DNA from: Candidatus Saccharimonadales bacterium
GTDB lineage: Bacteria; Patescibacteriota; Saccharimonadia; Saccharimonadales; JACDBH01
DNA length: 64,000 nucleotides
NCBI GenBank assembly: GCA_041752595.1
Contig: JBGSWE010000007.1
Coordinates: 8,986-72,985, forward strand
Direction of reading: 5' to 3'
The position numbers were made by a program, and so were the translations under genes. Positions 8,699 to 15,975 of the stretch are shown piece after piece. Under the pieces are notes generated by a model. It did not search any database. It was not told the origin of the DNA and saw nothing but the letters and a program-made list of their open reading frames with translations. The stretch's first letter is position 1, and each line of letters starts with the position of its first letter.

Positions 8699-10030
8699 AT
8701 GCGATTAAAGAAAATAAAGAAACTAGATATTCATTCCGATATTAAAATGCCGGATATTACACTTCCGAAGTCTCTTAACGTTACTATAAATCCTGCGTTA
8801 CTTGGTGAAATATTATTTAGAAAAGATAAACGTGTAGAAAAATTTTGTGAACTATCTCTAGATAAGCGCATCGAGCTACTCAACTCCTTAACTACAGCTG
8901 TTAAACGGGATATTCTAATGCATATTCCAGAGCCTGATTTTATAGAGATCTTACAAACTGTCGATCCAGACGATGCCACAGACATGCTTCAGGTTATTAG
9001 TAAGAAGCGAAGAGAAAAAATATTACTCCAGCTATCGATGGAACTAAAAGACTCCATTTCTACCCTATTAGAGTTTGATGCAGAAACAGCTGCTGGTTTA
9101 ATGACCTTGGATTACGTACAAACTAGCATGGATGACACGATTGCATCAGTAGCAAAAAAATTTAAACAACACGAAATCAGAACCGGTAGACCTCCCGTCA
9201 TACTTGCACTTAAGGAAGGTGGTAGATTAGGTGGCTTTTTGCCTGGTCATGAACTAGGTTTTGCCAGAAAAAGCGAAAAAATCGGAAAATACGTTAAACG
9301 CATACCATCTATTTCTTACGCAGCTTCACATAATGAAGTAATGGATATGTTTACATCGCACCCCCATGCAAAAGTAGTTGTACTCAATGATGCCGGCAGT
9401 GTTATGGGGATAATTTATTCAGACGATATTATAAAAGTAATGCAAGATACAGAAGCTTCTACATTGTATGACTTTGCAGGTATTCGCCAAGAAGAAACTG
9501 TTTCTGACTCTGCAAGGTTTAAGGTAAAAAACCGATACCGCTGGTTAATTATTAACCTTGGAACAGCGTTTTTGGCTTCATTTGTTGTGAGCCAATTCGA
9601 AGAAACCTTATCGGCCTTCGTGTTGTTAGCGGTTTATATGCCAATCGTTGCCGGTATGGGTGGTAACTCGGCAACTCAAACCCTTGCAGTCATGGTGCGA
9701 GGTATCGCGCTAAAACAAATAGAGCTTAAAACCGCCTGGAAGGCACTTCGTAACGAACTTGGAGCCAGCTTAATTAACGGTGTTATTAATGGTGTACTGG
9801 TAGCTACGGTTGTAATAATTGTAAATGGTGATGTACAAATAGCCATTATCTTGGCTGTTGCAATGGTTGTTAATATGTTAGTTGCAGCATTCTTTGGTAC
9901 ATTAGTGCCACTAATAATGTCGAAGCTCGGCAAAGACCCGGCAGCAAGCGCCACAATTTTTATTACTACTGCAACCGACGTACTCGGCTTCTTAGTTTTC
10001 CTAGGACTAGCTACGATTATCTTAAAGTAG
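8699..10030 (+). CDS. mgtE: magnesium transporter MgtE
   Basis: MgtE N-domain, CBS region and TM domain with AGMGGNSATQ and TDVLGF blocks. Confidence 0.9.
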   Translation: MRLKKIKKLDIHSDIKMPDITLPKSLNVTINPALLGEILFRKDKRVEKFCELSLDKRIELLNSLTTAVKRDILMHIPEPDFIEILQTVDPDDATDMLQVISKKRREKILLQLSMELKDSISTLLEFDAETAAGLMTLDYVQTSMDDTIASVAKKFKQHEIRTGRPPVILALKEGGRLGGFLPGHELGFARKSEKIGKYVKRIPSISYAASHNEVMDMFTSHPHAKVVVLNDAGSVMGIIYSDDIIKVMQDTEASTLYDFAGIRQEETVSDSARFKVKNRYRWLIINLGTAFLASFVVSQFEETLSAFVLLAVYMPIVAGMGGNSATQTLAVMVRGIALKQIELKTAWKALRNELGASLINGVINGVLVATVVIIVNGDVQIAIILAVAMVVNMLVAAFFGTLVPLIMSKLGKDPAASATIFITTATDVLGFLVFLGLATIILK

Positions 10031-10083
10031 ATTGGTGTGGTTTATATTAAAGACTTACAGTAACAAGTCTATCTTCTAATCCC

Positions 10084-10758
10084 TTAGCTCTGTACTAACG
10101 AGCCGAACACCACAGTGTTGTGAGTATACTGCTTTGAGTTTTGATCATATACACCCCCACAGGTGATGAGACGTACAGCAGCGTGACTTGTATTGCCGTA
10201 GACTTTTTCAGTCGGAAATTCTGATTGCAAATACTGTTCAACAGCCTCAACGCGGAAGCGCGCAGTTGTACCATCAGCGCGATCTATTTCTACAATCGCA
10301 CCAATTTCTATTTGGCCGAGTTTCCAAAATACTGCAGGACCAGATTTGGTATCTACATGGGCAGCAATAATTGACGGCCCCATTTCACCAGGCGTAGGTG
10401 CACCAGTATACCAACCAGTATCGTTGCCGTTGTTTGGTGTTTGCATGGCACCTGATTTATCAAGACCAAGAGCGATCATAGGCGCATCAACCCGTATTCC
10501 ATCTATGCGAAGACGAGTTGGCACGGAGCGCGGTAGTGAAACATTGGCAGAATTTGCATCTGACTGTAAGGTAGACGACTTCGAAATAACAGGTTCAGGA
10601 CTAAAGCCATTCAAAAATAGAGCTGATGCAGAAATGAGTGTTGTCGAAACGCTAGCAAATAAGAACAAAGCAATGATGTTTGATTTGATAAAAAAATGCA
10701 GCACGCGCCTAATTAGCAGTGAACCGCTAAGTATATATGGCGCGTGAAGCATGTTCAT
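10084..10758 (-). CDS. class F sortase
   Basis: AAHVD (His), RLITCGG (Cys) and the FRVEAVEQY..FPTEKVYG block typical of class F. I prefer the ATG at 10758 (MNMLH...) over the TTG at 10854, which overlaps the upstream gene. Confidence 0.85.
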   Translation of the reverse strand: MNMLHAPYILSGSLLIRRVLHFFIKSNIIALFLFASVSTTLISASALFLNGFSPEPVISKSSTLQSDANSANVSLPRSVPTRLRIDGIRVDAPMIALGLDKSGAMQTPNNGNDTGWYTGAPTPGEMGPSIIAAHVDTKSGPAVFWKLGQIEIGAIVEIDRADGTTARFRVEAVEQYLQSEFPTEKVYGNTSHAAVRLITCGGVYDQNSKQYTHNTVVFGSLVQS

Positions 10759-10780
10759 AGTTTTTTCTCTATTACTCAAA

Positions 10781-11380
10781 TTATCGGCGAACAATACGTA
10801 AGCCACTGTACACAGCAACTGTTGCAGCAGTAAGAATAGAAAAGAGTGCGGCAAAAGAGTCAGCTACTGAGCTGCCTTCTCCTGCGTTAACTGGACCTTT
10901 AGGCACAACAGTAACTTGGCTCAAGACCTGACCACCACCGCCACCAGAAGGAACTTCGGGGGTTACAGGTGTTTCTGGTACTACAGGAACTTCTGGCTCT
11001 TCAGGTTTTGGTTGCTCACAAGCTTTGTCTAGCTTAACTGTCGCAGAACGCTTCATGTTGTTACGATCTTCTTTCCAGTCAGCAGTTAGCTCAAGGGTGT
11101 AAGTACCGGGCTTGGTACCATTAACTACTTGATAGAAGTTTTCGATTTGACGGGCAGGAATAGTTTCGCCTACATTGACGATACTAGTGTTGCTAGATTT
11201 TTTTACTTCTAGCTGGGTTGGCTCGGAAGTATTATTTACTTTCCAAGTAATTTTATAGGAACCATCAGCCTGGCATGCGCCAGAACCTGACATATTGTAG
11301 TACCATGCACCGGCTACACCAGTTTGCATTCCTACAATAGAAATAGTTGCAATAACAGATAATATTATTGATTTTTTCAT
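10781..11380 (-). CDS. secreted surface protein with C-terminal TM helix plus basic tail (candidate sortase F substrate)
   Basis: Signal peptide, Pro/Glu/Val linker, GGGGG. C-terminus ...KGPVNAGEGSSVADSFAALFSILTAATVAVYSGLRIVRR has sorting-signal architecture but no LPXTG. Ends 22 nt before the sortase. Confidence 0.65.
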   Translation of the reverse strand: MKKSIILSVIATISIVGMQTGVAGAWYYNMSGSGACQADGSYKITWKVNNTSEPTQLEVKKSSNTSIVNVGETIPARQIENFYQVVNGTKPGTYTLELTADWKEDRNNMKRSATVKLDKACEQPKPEEPEVPVVPETPVTPEVPSGGGGGQVLSQVTVVPKGPVNAGEGSSVADSFAALFSILTAATVAVYSGLRIVRR

Positions 11381-11520
11381 ACAATTAACTCCACGGCCGC
11401 TTCAGTTAGGTAAGCGGTCATTGAATTAATTGTACTATATTAAACTATAATTGTCAATATTATTGTATGATATTATGGTTTAGTAATTAACTCTTTAGGG
11501 ATGTTATAATTAGCACTTGC

Positions 11521-11596
11521 GCGCCCGTAGCTCAGCGGATAGAGCGTCTGTCTTCGGAACAGAAAGTCGGCGGTTCGAATCCGTCCGGGCGTACCA
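11521..11596 (+). tRNA. tRNA-Arg (anticodon TCG), CCA encoded
   Basis: Acceptor GCGCCCG/CGGGCGT (G1-U72 wobble), anticodon loop CTTCGGA, T loop TTCGAAT. Confidence 0.9.
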
Positions 11597-11614
11597 TTTC
11601 GCTTATACTAATAC

Positions 11615-11643
11615 TTGACGACCTATTCAAATGTGCATATAAT
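11615..11643 (+). promoter_or_regulatory. near-consensus promoter of the mazEF-like operon
   Basis: TTGACG (11615-11620), 17 nt, TATAAT (11638-11643). The ATG follows 9 nt later with no SD. Confidence 0.6.
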
Positions 11644-11652
11644 GTAATTACT

Positions 11653-11889
11653 ATGAAAGCGTCAATTATCACCATTGGTAACTCAAAAGGCATCCGAATA
11701 CCTAAGCCCCTGCTAATGGAGAGTGGTTTATCCGGAGATGTTGAACTGAAAGCAGTTAAGGGTGAGATCAAAATTGTTGCCATGAAATCCGAAAGAAAGA
11801 TTTCAGAAACCATGCTGTTATCCGAAAAGGTATTAGCAAGAGACTGGTTGCGACCTGAAGAGGATGAAGCATGGGCAAGTTTGCAGTAG
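11653..11889 (+). CDS. AbrB/MazE/SpoVT-type antitoxin
   Basis: N-terminal swapped-hairpin motif IGNSKGIRIPKPLL. 78 aa. Overlaps the toxin gene by 19 nt. Confidence 0.75.
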   Translation: MKASIITIGNSKGIRIPKPLLMESGLSGDVELKAVKGEIKIVAMKSERKISETMLLSEKVLARDWLRPEEDEAWASLQ

Positions 11890-12212
11890 GACAAGTAGTC
11901 TCTAGCGTATTTCCATTTTCTGACCTCACATCTAAAAAGTTAAGGCCTGCAATAATTGTGGCTATAGGGGATTTTGATGACATTATTATGTGCCAAATTA
12001 CCTCGAAAATATACTCAAGCTCAAAGCCAATCCATATAGTAACTTCGGATTTTGCAGAGGGTAACTTGCCTCTAGATTGTTATGTGCGGCCAGACAAATT
12101 ATTTACTGCTGATGAGTCGATTGTACATAAAGTTTATGGAACAGTTAAACCACTGAAGTTACACCAAATACACACTGAAATACGCCAGTTATTTACAGCA
12201 ACTGCCAGCTAA
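11871..12212 (+). CDS. PemK/MazF-family toxin (mRNA interferase-like)
   Basis: GQVV...FPFSD....KLRPAIIV....D.IMCQITSK pattern typical of PemK/MazF. 113 aa. Confidence 0.7.
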   Translation: MGKFAVGQVVSSVFPFSDLTSKKLRPAIIVAIGDFDDIIMCQITSKIYSSSKPIHIVTSDFAEGNLPLDCYVRPDKLFTADESIVHKVYGTVKPLKLHQIHTEIRQLFTATAS

Positions 12213-12288
12213 TACATTACAAACCTAGTTCTAGCCTGGGCTCGAGTGTTGTACCATTAAGATGTATTTATCATGATACTATTTAGAT

Positions 12289-12915
12289 ATGAAAATTGTA
12301 TTATTTGGAGCATCGGGTAAAGTTGGTCAACTATTAACCACTGAATTAATTAATCGTGGACACAAGGTTACGGCATTTATATATGGATCTAGCCCGTTTG
12401 ATGAAAATCAAAACCTGACTATCATAACTGGTGATGTTCATAATCTCGAAAATGTTGAAGAGGCCATCTTGGGTAACGATGCAGTTGTTAGTACTCTTGG
12501 TAGCTGGGGAACGAAGTCTAAAGATATTTTAAGTTCAGCTATGACAAATATTGTTCCAGCAATGGAAAAACAAAAAATTAAACGAATAATAACTCTTACT
12601 GGCGCTGATGCGCGTGACACTGGTGACGAACCAAATTTTATTCAAGTTTTTACTCATTGGTTTTTTGGATTAATCCAGCCAAAAATAATGTCGGACGGCG
12701 AAGTACATATTAAAACTCTTAGAGACAGCAGCCTTGATTGGACTGTTGTGCGCTCTCCTGTTATGTCAAACAAAGGTAAATATGGAAGCTACAAACTTAA
12801 ACTACAACTACCGATGCCCTGGAACACTATAAATCGAAAAGATGTGGTGAGCGCCATGGCAGATCAAATAGAAAACCAAGATTTTATTAAACAATCCCCT
12901 GTAATATATAGATAA
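12289..12915 (+). CDS. NAD(P)H-binding oxidoreductase (atypical SDR/NmrA-like)
   Basis: Rossmann start MKIVLFGASGKVGQ. 208 aa. Confidence 0.7.
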   Translation: MKIVLFGASGKVGQLLTTELINRGHKVTAFIYGSSPFDENQNLTIITGDVHNLENVEEAILGNDAVVSTLGSWGTKSKDILSSAMTNIVPAMEKQKIKRIITLTGADARDTGDEPNFIQVFTHWFFGLIQPKIMSDGEVHIKTLRDSSLDWTVVRSPVMSNKGKYGSYKLKLQLPMPWNTINRKDVVSAMADQIENQDFIKQSPVIYR

Positions 12916-13455
12916 CTAGCTGATTCGCTTTTTAGAGTTTGGCGAATTACTTGGCAGCTGTTTTGGAACTTTGCTCGCCTCTGCCTGAGCTATGGTACGC
13001 GTAAGGACTTCGAGTACACTCTTAGCGTGATCTAGACTCATGCCAATGCGTGATATTGATAATTGCTGGTTATTTATACCTGTTTGCATAAAATTTAGTA
13101 CTACACCGTAGTTGTTTACACTTACGTTAGCTGTATCTGTGTAAATAATTCGATTATCGTTTGGAACTACAACAAGGGTAGGAATCGGGTTATTTTCGTA
13201 CTGAGCAGAACCGGACGCGCTGTAGCCAGCTAGCTCAAACAATTCATCTGCTTCATCGTCTTTGATATCAAAGTGGCTAATTAATAACATCAGCACGTCT
13301 TCGCTCGGACGCTCTTCACCACTCTCAAAGCGTATTATTGCATCATTTTCTAACTCAACAGCTCCGGACACTTCTGGAACAGTCTCGAGTGATTGTTTTC
13401 GAATTTCTGTCAAACGGCGACCTAGGGATTGAAACGGGGTCTTACCTCTCTGCAT
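12916..13455 (-). CDS. XRE-family HTH protein with uncharacterised C-terminal domain
   Basis: N-terminal HTH-like region (LGRRLTEIRKQSLETVPEVSGAVELENDAIIRFESGEERPSEDVLMLLISHF). Confidence 0.55.
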   Translation of the reverse strand: MQRGKTPFQSLGRRLTEIRKQSLETVPEVSGAVELENDAIIRFESGEERPSEDVLMLLISHFDIKDDEADELFELAGYSASGSAQYENNPIPTLVVVPNDNRIIYTDTANVSVNNYGVVLNFMQTGINNQQLSISRIGMSLDHAKSVLEVLTRTIAQAEASKVPKQLPSNSPNSKKRIS

Positions 13456-13515
13456 GTATATATGCTACTTCTAACTGCAAAAAATCGCAACCTTTGAGAT
13501 ATACTTAAGTTAAGC

Positions 13516-14574
13516 ATGAGAATTTTACACAAAGTATCCTTAAAGCTCTACAGCACTATGCGACTGGGTGGCACTGCTGATTATTTATGTGAAGCCAAGA
13601 CAAAACAAGATTTATTAAAAGCAGAGTCTTGGGCTGAGGAACATGAATTACCAATCAGAGTTATTGGAAGTGGTAGTAACGTTATTTGGCGTGACGAAGG
13701 ATACAAAGGACTGCTAGTTATTAATAAAATCTCTGGTTTCAAAAAAATTAGTGAAGATGAAAAATATGCAACTTACCATATTGGGGCTGGTGAAAACTGG
13801 GACGTAATAGTTGATCAAGTAGTTGGACTGAACCTGTCTGGAATAGAATCATTATCGTTAATACCAGGCACTGTAGGGGCTGCCCCTGTACAGAATATTG
13901 GTGCTTATGGTCAAGATATATCGCAGACTATTGTAGAAATCGAAGCCTATGATCGAATGGAAAAATCCTTTGTTACTCTTAGTAACGAACAGTGCGCATT
14001 TGGTTATAGAACTTCTAGGTTTAAAACTGTTGATTCTGAACGCTTTTTGATTGCATATGTAACTCTAATATTTTCAAAACAATTTGATCACAAACCAGAA
14101 TATACAGATATAGAAGCTTATTTTACTGATAATGACTTAGTAGATTACACTCCCAAAACTATTCGAAAAGCAGTCATAGCAATAAGACAAAAGAAACTTC
14201 CTGATCCAAATAAGATTGCCAATTGTGGGTCATATTTTAGCAATCCAATTATTTCTAGTGATGAATTCAAAAAACTGGCTCGCAAATATCCGGATATTAA
14301 AAAACCGCGTGAGGGCTGGTCGCAAGCTGCATATTGGGAGCTAGGCAATGAAAAGGTTAAAATTGGTGCAGGATGGCTAATTGAAGAAGCAGGATTTAAA
14401 TCATATATTGACTCCGAAACTGGTATGAAATTATGGCCTTCTCAAAATCTAGTTTTTGTTAATGCCAAAGCAAAAAGTACTCAAAACTTATTAGACTTTG
14501 AACAAAAAATAACAGACAAAATATTTGAAATGTTTGGAATTAATTTAATTAGAGAACCAGAGATATTGCCTTAA
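13516..14574 (+). CDS. murB: UDP-N-acetylenolpyruvoylglucosamine reductase
   Basis: FAD-binding blocks MRLGGTADY and IGSGSNV, plus GSYFSNP and GAGWLIE blocks. Confidence 0.9.
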   Translation: MRILHKVSLKLYSTMRLGGTADYLCEAKTKQDLLKAESWAEEHELPIRVIGSGSNVIWRDEGYKGLLVINKISGFKKISEDEKYATYHIGAGENWDVIVDQVVGLNLSGIESLSLIPGTVGAAPVQNIGAYGQDISQTIVEIEAYDRMEKSFVTLSNEQCAFGYRTSRFKTVDSERFLIAYVTLIFSKQFDHKPEYTDIEAYFTDNDLVDYTPKTIRKAVIAIRQKKLPDPNKIANCGSYFSNPIISSDEFKKLARKYPDIKKPREGWSQAAYWELGNEKVKIGAGWLIEEAGFKSYIDSETGMKLWPSQNLVFVNAKAKSTQNLLDFEQKITDKIFEMFGINLIREPEILP

Positions 14575-15830
14575 CTAGGTAGCGGAAAGTCAGTAGCAAA
14601 CTTTTTAATTTCTGAACTAATATCAGATAGAGCCTTGTCGTCTTTACGCAGTTTGATTGCTTCATTTATCCAGTCAGCCACCAAAACCATATGTTCTTCT
14701 TTCATTCCGCGTGTTGTTAATGCTGGTGTACCGAGTCTAATTCCACTTGGGTCAAATGCAGAGCGAGGATCAAATGGAACGGTATTTTTGTTAACAGTTA
14801 TTCCCGCTTTACCAAGTGCACTTTCGCCTTCTATACCGCTAAGTCCTTTGTTGTTAAGGTCTACTACCATAAGGTGGTTGTCTGTACCGCCAGTAACAAG
14901 ATTGAAACCTCTTGAAGTTAGTTCGGCAGCTAGTTTTTTGGAATTCTTCACAACCTGTATTCCGTACTCTCTAAATTCTGGTGTAGATGCTTCGCTTAAC
15001 GCAACTGCTATAGCAGCGGTCTGGTGATTGTGTGGGCCACCCTGCAAGCCAGGTATAATAGCCCTGTCAATTAGGGACGGTAAGTTATCTTTTGTACGTT
15101 CGGGTTTTTTAAGTGGATCCGATGGATCGCCGTTACAAAGAATCATTGCACCACGAGGACCGCGCAATGTTTTATGAGTTGTAGTCATCGTAACATCGAC
15201 AATACCAATTGGGGTTGGGTGTTCCCCGGCAACAACAAGTCCACTTATATGCGAAATATCAGCTGCTAGCCAAGCACCTACAGAATCTGCGATTTCACGC
15301 ATTTTTTGCCAATTAATTTGTCTTGGGTAAGCTGTTGTGCCGCTCATTATTAATTTTGGTTTTGATTCTAGTGCTTGCTTAGCTATAGCATCATAGTCCA
15401 TAAAACCATCTTTATCTGTAGTGTACTGAACGGAGTTATAGTAAGTTCCAGAATAATTAACCTTGAGACCGTGAGTCATATGTCCACCAAAATACAGAGA
15501 CATACCCATTATAGTGTCACCCGGGTCACAGAGCGCAAAATATATAGCTTGGTTTGCTGGCCCGCCTGAATGCGGTTGTACGTTGGCGTGTGTTACTTTA
15601 AACAGTTCTTTTGCTAAATCTCGAGCTATATTTTCAACCTCATCTACTACTTCGCAACCACCGTAATAACGCATTCCTGGATAGCCTTCTGAATACTTAT
15701 CTGTTAGACGCGAACCAAGTACACCCAGCACCGCTCCTGAAGTATGGTTTTCACTAGGAATCATTTCTAAACCACTTGATTGGCGGTTTGTTTCTTTCTG
15801 GATCAGTTCTTTTATTTTTTTATCGTGCAT
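14571..15830 (-). CDS. glyA: serine hydroxymethyltransferase
   Basis: PLP-lysine motif TTTHKTLRGPRG and GYPGMRYYGG. Confidence 0.95.
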   Translation of the reverse strand: MHDKKIKELIQKETNRQSSGLEMIPSENHTSGAVLGVLGSRLTDKYSEGYPGMRYYGGCEVVDEVENIARDLAKELFKVTHANVQPHSGGPANQAIYFALCDPGDTIMGMSLYFGGHMTHGLKVNYSGTYYNSVQYTTDKDGFMDYDAIAKQALESKPKLIMSGTTAYPRQINWQKMREIADSVGAWLAADISHISGLVVAGEHPTPIGIVDVTMTTTHKTLRGPRGAMILCNGDPSDPLKKPERTKDNLPSLIDRAIIPGLQGGPHNHQTAAIAVALSEASTPEFREYGIQVVKNSKKLAAELTSRGFNLVTGGTDNHLMVVDLNNKGLSGIEGESALGKAGITVNKNTVPFDPRSAFDPSGIRLGTPALTTRGMKEEHMVLVADWINEAIKLRKDDKALSDISSEIKKFATDFPLPS

Positions 15831-15944
15831 AATTTATAACCTCATAAAGTTAGATAATTTATATTAGTAGTTGCACGTATCTATATCATTACTATATTGT
15901 AATTAAAGTGCCAGTAAAAAACAAAAAACATACAATTCGACAAC

Positions 15945-15965
15945 GTATACCGTATATGGTATATT
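15945..15965. repeat. three tandem GTATA heptads (candidate operator overlapping the -10)
   Basis: GTATACC GTATATG GTATATT, ending 10 nt before the HTH-murA ATG. Includes the imperfect palindrome ATACCGTATATGGTAT. Confidence 0.4.
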
Positions 15966-15975
15966 TATTTGGCAA

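Noticed and set aside
10188-10747. 60-aa and 133-aa plus-strand ORFs
   Set aside because: Antisense inside the class F sortase gene, whose catalytic motifs identify the real frame.
10084-11380. Elevated GC as a sign of horizontal transfer of the sortase F pair
   Set aside because: Spot counts (about 48% in a 60-nt sample) are no higher than in recA (about 52%). Local GC tracks coding conservation, not foreignness, and I cannot compute proper statistics here.
11532-11983. 120-aa and 71-aa minus-strand ORFs
   Set aside because: Antisense to tRNA-Arg(TCG) and to the mazE/mazF-like genes, which have clear family motifs and a consensus promoter.
15831-15975. ZTP/THF/T-box type leader for glyA (and similarly 4030-4122 for folD)
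   Set aside because: Both leaders are short and AT-rich with no conserved riboswitch cores or specifier/T-box sequence.
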